A DNA stretch of 64,000 nt from Sphyrna mokarran (taxonomy: Eukaryota), in assembly GCA_024679065.1 (NCBI GenBank), contig JAGIQG010000014.1:28024001-28088000 (forward strand), given 5' to 3'. Shown piece by piece: positions 51,206 through 64,000 of this stretch. Each line of letters starts with the position of its first letter. Positions within the stretch are counted from its first letter, which is position 1. The notes under the pieces were generated by a model, which saw nothing but the letters and a program-made list of their open reading frames with translations, did not search any database and was not told where the DNA came from. The position numbers and the translations under genes are program-made.

Positions 51206-53316
51206 AAAGTAATATATTTCCAAGATTGATTGTGGCTCCAATGTGGCACATCTGGTGATGGAAGTTTAGGGCCACCTCTGATATTCCTGTGATTTTGCTT
51301 TGCTATGTGATACATTCCTGAAAGAACATTGATCACCTCAATCCTGACTGGTGCATTCAAAACCTGAACCATGGGCAGATATTCAGGGGCTGAAATGAAT
51401 AGTCAAAAGTCATGTGCTGGGAAAGAGGGCCTGGATGAGGGGGTGCAGAGGTGTGCTATCAACTGAGGCCTGTGCCTCTAATGGGGACTGGGTTCACTGG
51501 CCTGTCAATGGAGATGCTCAATGTCCAAAGTAAACAAAAAGGAAAACAGACCGTCCTGATGTTGGGAGGAGAAAGGCCCTGAGCTACAGGGCATCATCAT
51601 CGAGGGGACCAGAGTGGGAGAGTATTTAAATACACAGACAAGAGACCAGGAAAGGAAGGTTTCAGAGCCACAGTTCTTTGAACAGCAGGGATGGGGTTTA
51701 TTTTGGAGTTCTACAGCTAACCCCTTGAACTTAAACATTGTCTTAATTCTTTCTCCAGGTTAGCTTTTTATCAGTCTGAATTAATTATAACAAGTAACTA
51801 AAATGAGTTGTGGGTTACTGGCATGACATTTTTGTCCCAGAATACATATACCTCTTTTTCTGTGAGTGAGATGGACTGACTGAGGTATCTTTTGGATAGT
51901 GTAGCTATGTTTAAATTTTAAATGAAATAATATTTGCAAAACGTTCAAAATAAAATACAAATTGAATGCATCTACCTGCTGAACTTCAAAATGAAGAAGT
52001 AAATGAGAGAGAGTTGTGCAATCTGCAATAATATGGGATATTTGTTTCCCTGAGTATCACACATTCCAAATCAAGCATTTCAGACAGGGCACCTTTAGGT
52101 GGCTGAATGCAAAATTCCACCAGTGGCTGCCAAAACCCTGACATTTAACAGTGGAGACAACTCCCCACTTTCTATTCTTCCAATTGCAGCCTCATGTTTG
52201 CTGTATCTCTTTCTGCCTGCTCCTGTTTTCCACGTTGGGATTTGATTCTCAGTTCCAGTCCCTCCTTCAACTTTCACTGCAACAGAAAGTCACACATTGT
52301 TCAGTTTTGTGGTTAAACATCCTTTTCACTTAGATGTAACTGCTGTAAAAAGTTTGGCGCAGCAATGAGAAAGCACTAACCCAAAACCCTAACCACAGTG
52401 GAAAAACAGAGAATTCAACAAGAGGAAACAAAAAATGACTGGTGGCTCATGGTGAATATGTTATTGTCAGAAAAGGTTTTGGGAATCTGGATAATTGAAT
52501 GTCTCAGTGGAATGTCTGAATCCATCTGAACCTCTGACAAAGTGCCCCAGCCTTATGACCTCGATACCTTTTTCTTTTGTGAAAAATGTAAAATTGTGGA
52601 AGCAATGAGGAATTTGAGATTGGGTGCCAAAATAATTCCCTGAATCAACAATTGCTTTTTGACTGGTCTGTGTGAGGGAATAAAGGTAAGTGCCCAGTGA
52701 CAGCGATGTGTCAATAATGGTTTCAAGCCTAACATTAAACTTAACCATAACAGTGTTTTCAATAATATTTTTTGAGGCTAATCTAACCCAACCACAATCT
52801 AATCCCAGCCCCAAATATCATACTGAAATCAAAACTTGAAGTGGGCTTTATGAATAGGTACATGGGATGGGATTTGCCGACCTCACTGTTGCGGGATTAC
52901 ACAGGGGAATGCAGTGGGTCAACCAAAAGTTCATTCACTTTCAAGGAGACGGGACCAATCTGATGACAGATGACCTGAGAAAGTCCTGCCGATAGAAGTC
53001 AAAATGTCAATAAATTGTTCTATTGTTCTTATTTGCAACACTTTTGAAACAGTTCAACCCGACTGTGGCTATTTTTCCCCAATCTTGGTGCCCAAAAGGT
53101 TGTGAGATGGAAGGTTGAAAGGGTTAGAGGAGGGAGTGGGGATAAGGGGCATGGAAACATCAGAAGCACCAGAACCCAGAATTGCTCTCCTTGGCCCTGT
53201 TGGGAAACACAGTAAACTCCTGTCTTGGTCTCAAAATAAAAACAGAAAATGTAAGGCCACAGTTCCATATTTGCAAGTTCTCTAATAGCAATCAGTCACT
53301 ATCCTCTTTGTAAGAG

Positions 53317-53528
53317 ATGTAGAGATGCCTGCATTGAACTGGGGAAGCACAGTAAAAAGTCTCACAACATCAAGTTAAAGTCTGACAGGTTTATTTGGTA
53401 GCACAAACTTTTGGAATCTCACTCCTTCTCCAGGTGAATCTCACCTGAAAAAGGAGTGAGATTCTGAAAACTTGTGCTACCAAATAAATCTGTTGGACTT
53501 TAACCTGATGTTGTGAGACTTCTTGCTG
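53317..53528. mobile_element. Palindromic Penelope pLTR-derived insertion with 13-bp TSD
   Basis: About 85-bp inverted arms around caggtga-atc-tcacctg; ctctttgtaagag at 53304-53316 and 53529-53541; empty paralogous site near 50832. Confidence 0.85.
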
Positions 53529-54024
53529 CTCTTTGTAAGAGGCCAGAGAGAAATAAGTAACATAGTTTCAAAACTGATGTGGCTCCAGTGTGACATCTGG
53601 TTGTGGAAGTTTTACGACCATCTCCAATATTCCTTCCAGTTTCCCTTTGCCACGTGTCGTTTGTTTATTGTATAGTGCCGTACATTCCTGAGGGAACATT
53701 TATCCCATCAATCCTAACTGGTGGATTTAATGATCCAGAGCCCTGAAATTCCAAAGCTAAAATGAACAATGAAAAGTCATTTGCTGGGAACAGGGCCTGG
53801 GAGAAGGGGTGCAGACAGTGCTTATCACCAGGACAACATGCTTCTCGTGTCCAAAACAGACAATCTGAATCATCCCAATTTCTTCATGTTGGGAAGGGGA
53901 AGGGCCCATTCACCATCACAGAGGGGACTAGACTCAGCGACTTAGAGAAGAGATCAGAAAGAGAAAGTTCTGGGGCCACATTTGTCTGAACAGCAGGGAG
54001 GGCTTTTCATTGAATCCTTTCAGT

Positions 54025-54322
54025 ACATAAGGAGGCCATTTGGCCCATCAAATCTGTACCAACTACAATCCCACTCAGGCCTTATTCCTGTAAATCCACA
54101 CATCTACTTTGCTAATCCACCTGACACTAGAGTCAATTTAACATAGCCAATCCAACTAACCTGCGCATCTTTGAACAGTGGGATGAAACCGAGCACCTGG
54201 AGGAAACCCATGTAGACACTGGGAGAATGTGCAAACTCAACACATACAATGACCCAAAGCTGGAATTGAACCTGCATCTCTGGCATTGTGAGGCAGCAGT
54301 GCTAACCACTGTGCCACCATGT
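54025..54322 (-). mobile_element. V-SINE (HE1-like)
   Basis: Reverse-complement copy, absent from the paralogous block. Confidence 0.82.
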
Positions 54323-55584
54323 GCACCATTTTACTTTGGAGTTCTGTAACTAACACCTACAACATGAACTTTATCTTAATTCTTCCTTCAATTTAGTTTT
54401 TTGTCAGTCTGAATTAATTATAATATCAAGCAACTAAAGTGAGTAATGGGCTCCTGACGTTTACGCTTCTATCCCGGAATATGCACTACCCTTCCTTTCT
54501 GTTAGTGAGGTGGGCTGACTGATGTACCTTTGGGATAGTGTAGCTCTGCTTAAATTTTAAATGAAATAATATTTGCAAAGCATGCAAAATAAAATACAAA
54601 TTGAACGCATCTATCTGCTAAACTTAAAAATGAAGAAATAAATAAGAGAGAGTTGTGCAATCTGCAGTAAAATGGGACATTTGTTTCCCTGACATCATAC
54701 AATCCAACTCAGGCGTTTTAATGGGATTGAGGGTTATAGATAGGCCTGGTAGGTAGGGATCTGATCAGTGCAACTTGTGGGCCGAAGGGCCTGTTTGTGT
54801 TGTAGTATTTTATGTTCTATGTTCTATTTAATTGTCAGCCATTCTAAGGGGCTTTGGTAAAACTGCGGGGGCTGTGGCCAGGGCAAACCTCCAGTTCCAT
54901 TAGGTATACTGGCATGGAATGTCTGAATTTATGTGGACCTCTGACCAAATACCTCAGATTTTTTTGTTTCTACATCTTTACACTTTCCATAGCAATCAGG
55001 AGCTCACAATGCATGCGAAGATAGTTCCCTAAATCAACAATTGCTTCTGGTTGTTTTCTGACTAGTCTGAGGTCAGTGAAAGCGATGTGTCAATAATGGT
55101 TTCAATCCCAACACTAAACTTAACTATAACAATGTTATCAAGGATATTTTTTAAGGCTAGCCCTAACCTAATCACAACTTAATCCCAGCCCCAAATTTCA
55201 CACAGAAACCATGGCAGGAAATTTGTGGTTGTCTCTGCCGGTGGGGTTTTCTGGTCCCTCTACAATGAATGGAAACTTGGCTGAGTGCTAAATTCTCGAC
55301 CCTAATCGCTGACTTGCCCTGGGGGTGATGGTGGTGGCTGGAGGGGAGGGGGTGGGTGGTTGGATATGAACAACCAGAAACCTCCGGCCTACAACTTGCA
55401 GTGGACTTTATAAATAGACACATGGGCTGTGGTTTTCTGTTGCAGGGTTAGCCATGGGGGATGCGATGGGCCAGCCAAGTTTATTAACTTTCGGTGGTTC
55501 TGGAAAAACACGGCTGAGGCAGGGCTGAAAAGTCCTAATCGTAAGGCTCAAAATCTCAATAAGTTTTTCTAAAGCTTTTTAACA

Positions 55585-56455
55585 TGAGAACACAAGAACT
55601 AGGAGCAAGAGTAGGCCACCTGGTCTCTCAAGCCTGCTCCACCATTCAATAAGCTTATGACTGATCTTTTTGTGGACTTAACTCCACTTACTCCCCCTAC
55701 CCACCATAATATTTAATTCCTTTACTGTTCAAAAATTTATCTACCCTTGCCTCAAAAACATTCAACTGCTTCACTGGGCAGGGACCTCCATAGATTCACA
55801 ACTCTTTGTGTGAAGAAGTTCCTCCTCAACTAAATCTGCTTCCCCTTATTTTGAGGCAATGCTCCCTAGTTCTAGTTTCATCTGCCAATGGAAACAACTT
55901 CCCTGTTTCTATCTTATTTATTCCCTTCATAAACTTATATGTTTCTATAAGATATCGTCTCATTCTTCTGAATTCCAATGAGTATAGTCGCAGTCTACTT
56001 AGTCTTTTCATAAGCCAACACTTTCAACACCAGAATCAATCTTGTGAATCTCCTCTGCACCCCATCCAGTGCCAGTATATCCTTTCTTAAATAAGGAGAC
56101 CAAAACTGTACACAGTACTCCAGGTGTGGCCTCACCAGCACCTTATATAGCTGCAACATAACCTCGCCATTTTTAAAATCCATCCCTCTAGCAATGAAGG
56201 ACAAACCAACTCCTTGTAATTCTTGCACAAGGACACCCAGGTCCCTCTGCACAGCAGCATGCTGCAATTTTTTACCATTTAAATAATAGTTCATCTAGCT
56301 GTTATTTCTACCAAAATGGATGACCTCACATTTACCAATATTGTACTCCATCTACCAGACGCTCACTCAATCAATTAGACTATCTCTCCCTTTGCAGGCT
56401 TTCAGTGTCTTCTGCACACTTCACTCTGCCACTCATCTTAGTGTTATCTTTGAAA
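55585..56455 (-). mobile_element. CR1 LINE 3' fragment
   Basis: QLYKVLVRPHLEYCVQFWSPYLRKD, LYSLEFRRMR. Confidence 0.9.
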
Positions 56456-56615
56456 TAGTTCGGCCCTAATGTGACAGAAGAAGCAAAAGAGTTCATGATT
56501 TCTTCCTGATCTGCTGTGAAACACAGTAAACACAAGCCATGGTCTAAAAATAAAAAAATAAAAAGATGCTGGAAGTATTCAGCAGGCCTAGCAGTATCTG
56601 TGAAGGGAGAAATAG

Positions 56616-56981
56616 AACGGCAAAAGCCTAGTGGTATTATCACCAGATTATTAATCCAGAAACTCAACCAATTTTCTGAGGACCCACTTTCGAATCTCAT
56701 CACGACAGATGATGGAATTTGAATTCAATAAAAAAAAATCTGGAATTAAGAATTTACTGATGACCATGAAATCATTGTCAATTGTTGATAAAACCCAATT
56801 GGTTCACTAATGTCCTTAGGGAAGAAAATCTGCCATCCTTACCTGGTCTGACCTACATGTGACTCCAGATCTGCAATAATATGGTTGATTCTCAACTGCC
56901 CTCTGAACAAGGGCAATTAGAGATGGGCAATAAATGCTGGCCAACCAGCGATATCCATGTCCCATGAATGAATAAAAAAAA
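56616..56981 (+). mobile_element. tRNA-derived SINE (same family as 20738-21103)
   Basis: Collinear match to 20738-21103 with atgaatgaataaaaaaaa tail. Confidence 0.75.
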
Positions 56982-57325
56982 CTGCCTGGATCTTTCCAGC
57001 CCTCTCTGCCGTGTGTTGGTCAGCTTGGCCATTTAAATGTCTGTTCACGTCGGCACGATGGAAGATTTTGCCTATGTGAAAGATGGGGAAATTTCGACCT
57101 AGGTTTCAGGTTGCCATCCTTTCATTTGAATTGTTAAAAAGTAGAGAACAATTGGTTTTCAGCAAGTGAAAGAAGTGAGGGTAAAAAGAACAAAAATAAT
57201 CAATAACGTTAGGGTCGATGGCAGGAGTGATTAAACAGGAAAAAAATCTGTCGTGCAATCTGAAAGGAAATAGCAATGGTACAAATTTAAAAAACATGTA
57301 TCTTGAGGGGATGTGAATAGGCATT

Positions 57326-58334
57326 GGGGGCAATTCTCCAACCTGTTAGTAGATCGCACTGGTCCTGGAGATTAGTGTGCGGATCTAAAAATCCGAGTCT
57401 CCCGGCCCTTTCCTAATGACACAAATCGGATTGCATCCAGAAGAAACATGAGTTCAATCAGCAAATTTGATGTAGCATTTCAAATCCCAGTGCACAGAAT
57501 TCACCAGCCTGAGAGTATGGCACTATACTGGTGAGAATCACCACTGGTGTCCCTTCGTGGCAACTTGACACAATGGTCAAGCTTGAAGGCCACTGAATCC
57601 CCCAGCTGTTCAGGGACACTGGCAGTGCCCAACCGGCACACCGATAGTACCCAGCAGTAGTCACGTGACAGCCTAGCAGTCATGGTTAGGTGCCGCCAGT
57701 GTGCCAGGGCAGTGATGAGTAGTTAGATCTAAGTGTGGGCTGCAATTGGCGGGTTGGGGGGGGGGGGGGGGGGGGGGCGCGAGGGCGGGTTATATGGTGG
57801 CACTTGCATTGGGAGCGTGTTGGGCATCTGATGTAGGAGGACATCAGAGTCCTGACGGGGGGAGGGAGGCATATTGAAGACTGTGATGGAGGAAAATGTC
57901 AGGGGTCTGACTGGGGGAATGGAGGGAGGCTGTCAGAGTTCCTGATGGAGAGCATTTTGGGGGTCCTGATGAGGGGAGGGCATATCGAAGGTGAGGCAGG
58001 GTGACCCTCAGGAGGGGTCCAATGTCAGCAACCTTTGTTGGGAGGAATTGGGGGAAAAAGCCGTTGAGGGGGGCGGGTGGTTCTTGATGTCTGTGGGGTG
58101 AAGGAGGGGGTCTTCTAGCACATTTTGAGATGAGGATGCTCTTGCAAAATGGCACACAACCTCTCTGAAACCAGGCTCACTGCAGTGTTTAGGCCCTGCC
58201 CCCATCCCCAGCTGTCCAAAACAGTGACTGAGTGTGTAAGGATTAAGGAGCCAAGTGCACCTGAGAGCTCAACACGATTACTCCATTGTTCTCGCTGTTA
58301 TGACACTTAGGAATTTTTGGGGAGAATTCAGCCC
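57326..58334. mobile_element. Probable non-autonomous TIR element (Harbinger-like)
   Basis: ggggcaattctcc at left and ggagaattcagccc at right are imperfect inverted termini around a G-rich interior; a similar block lies at about 49745-50560. Confidence 0.45.
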
Positions 58335-60671
58335 ATCGTTTTGAAATTGATGCTTGCAGGCCAGGTGAAGCAGTTCTGGTGCCACGGGTATGCAAAAACA
58401 TGCCAGGAGCAGCATCCTATGTACCTGCTGGTGGGGTGTTATTATGGTAATGCTGCAGCACAGGAATTACTTTATATTGAAACTTTTCCAACTTGACAGG
58501 AGACCATTCAGCTTGTCATTCCTGTGTTAGCTCTTTGAAAATCTGTCCAATTCTATCCTGCACCCCTTTCTTATAGTCCTGCAAAGGAGTCACTTTTAAA
58601 ACAAGAAATCAGCAAATTACAATCACAGGACAGCAGGTCACTCAGGTCAACTGCGGTTCAGCTGAAGGCGCTTCTGCTTAGTCAGGTAGATGGTTCACAT
58701 TCCTCTCTGAGACTTGAGCACAAAATATCTAGGCTGAATCCAATGCAGTACTGAGGGATTGATCAAAGAGCAAAAGAACAAAACAGCACGGGAAACAGGC
58801 CCTTCGGCCCAACAAATGCTGCACTATTGGAATTGTTGCGGGGAGGTGGGTGGAGAAGGGGGGCAGGGAGGGGGCATTTTTCAGTTTGTTCCTTGGTCAA
58901 TATTTAACCCTCATACAACATTGCTAAAAAGCAGATTAATTAGCCAACATTGCACTAGTACTTGTGAATGAAAGTTAACCTTACTTGAAACATACATTAC
59001 TGGGGGCTGCAGTGCATCCTGAGAGATTTGGTGGTCATGAAAGCTGATGTATAAACTCAAGTCTGTATAATGGATTAATCTTCACAAAGCTAACTACAGC
59101 TCCAATAATTGTGCACAATGTCACCATTCTTCATGATTTGCATCTTCCTCATTCATACTGTTCAGTCAGAGAAGCCAGTTCAGTTCTGAGGTCGCTTGCC
59201 TGTCTGACAATCATTGGATCAAATCACTCATTGCAAAGAACATTGAATGACTCTACAGCAGACCACTGTGTCTCCTGCCAACTCAATATGATCATGCAGC
59301 TTGGCCACCAATATCCATCTAATGCAGGCACAGAAATCCAACAGCGTTACTGCTGCAGCCTGGAACTCAGAATGGCAAAAGGGGGAAGGAAGGATTTGAA
59401 GACAGGAAACTAAATCTTTCCCTTGTGGGATAGTTTACTGCAGTTATGTTGGCGAATGTTTCTAAAACCTATCTTACTACCCACTAGTATTCCCAGTGAA
59501 TACCCCAGTGAATTATAGTTTGCTGCAACAGTTAGATGAGGCGATATAATCTAACACATACAGAAACATGAGTTACTGATAATTTGCATCCGCCACTACA
59601 AATGATCATATTCTAGATAAACATGTGTGTAAATATATTGTTAGAGAAATTGAAGCCCATGAGATTAGAAGGGTAATGGTTGCAAATATGCTACAAAATT
59701 GGCTACAGAACAGAAAACAGGAAGTGAATCATTATTTTTCAGGCTGGTGCAAATTGTTTTCCCAGAGTTTGTATTAGATCTGTCCTGTTAGCTTGGAGTG
59801 GTGGACAGGGCACGTATAAGGATGCATTTTTCACAGATTTGATTTGTGAATATAAAACAGATTGATGAATAAGTAAATAGCAGCCTTACGGTTGCACCTA
59901 AGCTCCCTACATGTTTCCTGACTAACAGACTGGGATGATTATTATTTTCTGGATTCAATTCCATTTGCCATTGATCAGCCTGTCTTATCCTCCTATAATC
60001 TAAGGCTATTCTCTTCACAGTTTATCACCTTACCAATTTCTGTATCATCCCTGAACTTCGTACACTTAAGTCTTAATTGTTCATATAAATCCCAAACAGC
60101 AAAGGCTCCAATATTGATTCCTGAGGAACACTAGATATTCTAGTTCTAAAACATCCTTCTCGGGATCTCATGCACCTGAAATCCTTCCCACCAACACAAT
60201 CAAACTCCCCTGCCAGGACACTGAACTTTTGGTTCAGCTACAATCCATTTGTTTACAGGTCCCACTGTCTCAAAAACTATGCTATTGTCCCCGAAAAAGT
60301 CCTCCCTCCTGCTTCATCTCTCCAGCCATACTTTCAACTAGATTAACCTTCTATTTCTAAACTCACCGGCACATGGCACCAGGAGTAACACAGAGATTAC
60401 TACCTTCTGGGATTTTTTAAAGTCTATATGTTAAGTCCAAAAATTCTGCCTGCAGAACTTCATCCATTTTTCTACCCATATTGTTGGTACTGATATGTAC
60501 CACAATATTTGTCTGTTTGCCCTCCGCTTCAGTAACATCCTGACCGTGGCAATAAGAGAATATGCCATCCTGGAATCTCTTTTACAGTTGCAGAAACACT
60601 TGCCTGTTCTCCTTGCAATTGAATTCTCTACCATTGTAGCTCTGCCATTCTTGCTCCTTCCCCATTCTTAT

Positions 60672-61967
60672 GCAGCGACATAGATAGGCTGGTAGCTTGG
60701 GCAGATGGATGGAAGATGGAATTCAATCCTGATAAATGTGAGGTGATACATTTCGGGAGAAAGAATGTAGGGGGGAGGTATATGAGAAAGGGTAGACCTA
60801 TTAAGAGTATAGAAATGCAGAGTGACCTGGGGGTGCAGGTGAACAAGTCTCTGAAGGTTGCAGAGCAAGTGGAGAAGGTTGTGAAGAAAATATGCTAGCC
60901 TTTATAGGAAGAGGTATAAGTACAAGAGCTGGCCTTTAATGTTGCAGTTGTATAAAACGCTGGTCAGACCTCATTTGGAATACTGCGTCCAGTTCTGGTC
61001 ACCTTACTACCGGAAGGACGTGGAGACACTGGAGAGAGTGCAGAGGAGGTTTACCAGGATGCTGCCTGGTATGGAAGGTCTGAGTTACGAGGAGAGACTA
61101 GGCAAATTGGGACTGTTTTCTTAGAAAGACATAGACTTAGAGGAGATCTGATAGAGGTGTACAAGATTATGAAGGGGATAGATAGAGTAAACAGGGTTAA
61201 GCTTTTTCCTAGGATGGACTCAAATAGCACGAGGGGTCACGGGCTTAGGGTGAAGGGGGTAAGGTATAATTTGGATGCTAGAGGGAGTTTTTTCACACAG
61301 AGGGTGGTGGGGGTATGGAATGCGCTGCCAAGTAAAGTGGTGGAGGCAGGTACTCTGGAGTTATTTAAGAAATACTTAGATGGGCACATGAACAGAATGG
61401 GAATGGAGGGGTATAGAAAACTGATTTAAAATAGGGATAATGAGCCTTGGGAGTCCCTGGGAAGTGTGTAAATAGATGATGATATTGATGTACTTGTTTT
61501 TATCCTACAGGTGCTTTGGTCCACCTTGTTGTCTAACGAGGGGCGCACACGCGATGGGTCGTGAGAGGGCTGCTCTTGGATCTTTTTTCGAGAGTATCCT
61601 AGTGCTTCATGTCGTTAGTGTACGCTTGACCTGGACCATTTGATGGGCAACACGACAGCTCAGTGACTATCGCTGTGCTGTGCAGATACATGGATTTGGG
61701 CCTGTGTCTGTGGGAGTTTGCGCATTCTCCCCGTGCTTGCGTGGGTTTTCTGTGGGCGCTCCGGTTTCCTCCCACATCCCAAAGATGTGCTTTTAGGCTA
61801 ATTGGGAAAACAAATTCTCCCTAAATTTTCTCAAATTTGGTTTTTAATCCACAGATCTATAAACATGGACAGGGATCGTGGGTAGAGGTGGGAACATCGG
61901 GATGGCAGCGCGGGCTCATTGGGTCGAAGGGCCTGTTTCCCGTGCTGTTTTGTTCTTTGTTCTTTGT
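60672..61967 (+). mobile_element. Young 5'-truncated CR1 LINE with V-domain-containing 3'UTR
   Basis: MEFNPDKCEVIHFG, LVRPHLEYCVQFWSP, FFTQRVVGVWNALP; near-identical inverted partner of 22395-23700. Confidence 0.92.
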
Positions 61968-64000
61968 CCAGACAGACTCATGGCGTCATGAAGCTGGCTG
62001 CCACAACTTTCCACTGCACAGTCATCTCCCCTAACAATATCCAAGAAGGTATATCTATTAGAAAGGGTGTTGGCCACAGGGAACTCCTGAACTACCTGTC
62101 TTCGTCTATTCTGCCTAGGGGGTCACCCATGCCCTTTCTGCCTATTCAATCTTTATCTGTAGCATGATCTCCTCACCTAATGTGCTAATCATTACTTCCT
62201 CAGTATCACGGATGCTCTACAGTGAATTCACCCTCAGCTCCAGCTTTGAAATGTGGTTAGCTAGCGGCTTTAGTTGGACATACTTTCTGTATATGTGATC
62301 ACCAGGGACAACTGAAACTTCCAAGATTTTCCAAGAAAGCACAGGAGGAGCATATCATGGGTGTGAGTTCTCCTGCCATGACAACCTTCAAACTCTTTAA
62401 TTACTTCCTTTCTAACAAAACATTATGCTTACATAAAAATATTATCAACTTGCATTTCTCATGGCAGTACCTTGATCAATCAGAATAAATTTGCTTGGAT
62501 TAAATTTGAAGAAAGGATTGGCTGTTAACATCTCTGTTCTGCAATCTCCATGGTCATGTCTTTACCAATTAGAGTCCACTTGCCAACAGTCAGCAATCTC
62601 TTCTAATCAGCATAAATGGCTGTTCCCTTTACTATTGGTATTTCTGTGAATTTGTCCTGATGAGTGCAAAACAAAAAGCTTCAATAGCATGTCTCTTTTC
62701 TTTTAACAGTAATCAAAATATGTACTATCAAACTTGATCATTTTATGATTGCTATTTGATAAATATTAATGCAAAGTGAAGATGTTAATTATATTTAGTT
62801 CTTTAAGTATATTTAGCTCTTTCCTAATCTAATATGACCTGTTGAGTTTAGTTGCAGGAAATTGTTGCGGATGACACAATTCACTACTCATTGACTGAGT
62901 AAAAGATGAATCTGGAATCAGTCTTTTACTTAACATAAGATTAGTCAGAAAGCTTGGAGGGCACAGGACTCCTTTTTCCTTCTCCCACAGAGGTGGAAAC
63001 TGATTTTTATGTACTCCTATCATGCCCTACTCCTTCCACAATTACTAACAGCTGCTCTCACTTACAAACTGGAACATGCAACAGCATTCCAACATTGACG
63101 CTGAAGAAAATAATTCTGTTTTTCACATATTATGTGCTAATCTGCATATTCCAATCCATATGGAAGATAAAATCATCCACTAAAACCATTATTTTGTTGC
63201 TACATGCTTGTTTAATCTTAGCATTTGTGCAAGGTACCACTTCACAGCTAAAACCAGGTCCTTATATATGACATCTGCTACAGTCATAACTAATTTTATG
63301 CTTTGTAATTCAACCCAAATTCTCTGCTGCTTACTTCCTACTTGTTAGATTCTCTCTTGAATTGATGTCACCATTAACTATTAAGGCAATTAGTCTGTCT
63401 CTGCTGTATCCTCTATCTTTCCTGTTGATCTTGTTTATATTTGGTATATTTTAGATATAGATGAATAGTATTGGTAGAACTGCAGACCACCGTAGATGTA
63501 AGTTGCTGCTGAATCGGTTGCCAGTAATATCTTTTTTTTTAATCTATCACAGCTCCTTCCACAATCACGATTCCCCCAATCACTACTGAACATGGTAAGC
63601 ATAGCAAATGACATCAAAAAAATTTTTGACTGTATTTATAGAAACTCTGAGAAAGAAAACAAATATAGATATTTAATATTAAATTTTAAGTGAATTTTGC
63701 TTTGATACTTGAAATATTTTATAGATTTTAAAGGTCACATATTGTTATGACCGGATGAGAGGATTTGCAGTGTATCTTGCTCCAATACTCCTCAAGTCGT
63801 ACCATTAGTTTAAATGTTAAATGTTTAAATATTAATTCACTCACCAAAATGGTCAATTATTTCCTTTACTATGATTAGACCCAGAATAAAAGAGACTTTA
63901 ACCAGGTTTCTTTCAATAAACTAGAATCATAGAATAAAATCATAGAATCCCTGCAGTGCAAAAGGAGGCCATTTGACCCATCTTCTTTTAAATCTTACCA

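Larger units (their letters stand above)
50779..55425 (+). repeat. Old tandem duplication of intronic sequence (about 50779-52865 and 53251-55425)
   Basis: Collinear shared blocks: gtaaggccacagttccata, gtctgaattaattataa, ttaaattttaaatgaaataatatttgcaaa, agcgatgtgtcaataatggtttcaa, aatcccagccccaaat; the start is also homologous to 25421-25800 in copy A. Confidence 0.88.

Noticed and set aside
62954-63271. ORF with Ser/Thr then hydrophobic stretches as candidate stalk/TM for copy B
   Set aside because: No convincing acceptor and no similarity to copy A's exons; likely chance in AT-rich DNA.

Overview
Eukaryotic, repeat-rich vertebrate DNA. The repeats (HE1/V-SINE-like and DeuSINE-like SINEs, CR1 LINEs, Penelope-like elements, Harbinger DNA transposons) point to a cartilaginous fish (shark). 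Most ORFs in the supplied track are spurious or transposon debris. Real gene content, all on +: (1) the last two coding exons of FAM193 (most likely FAM193B; 4677-4758 and 6450-6543), joined by a GC-AG intron and followed by a probable long 3'UTR; (2) a TIM/HAVCR-family immune receptor gene (copy A) with leader 21940-21991, six-cysteine IgV 24188-24535, short Ser/Thr stalk 28895-28974 and a TM exon from 32871 with an Arg in the hydrophobic segment; (3) a second TIM-like gene (copy B; leader 49124-49166, IgV 49361-49708) whose IgV exon differs from copy A at only 9/348 nt, 5 of them in the phosphatidylserine-binding FG loop. Copy A's intact leader+IgV sits between the broken 5' and 3' halves of an older IgV exon that carries a third FG-loop variant, which suggests ligand-binding-domain replacement in an evolving TIM cluster. 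Between the two genes lie a decayed, TIR-bounded ~7 kb Harbinger element (TTA TSD), an inverted Penelope-like element with a minimal hammerhead ribozyme, and a Gypsy LTR abutting copy B's promoter. All alignments were done by eye; repeat boundaries are approximate.
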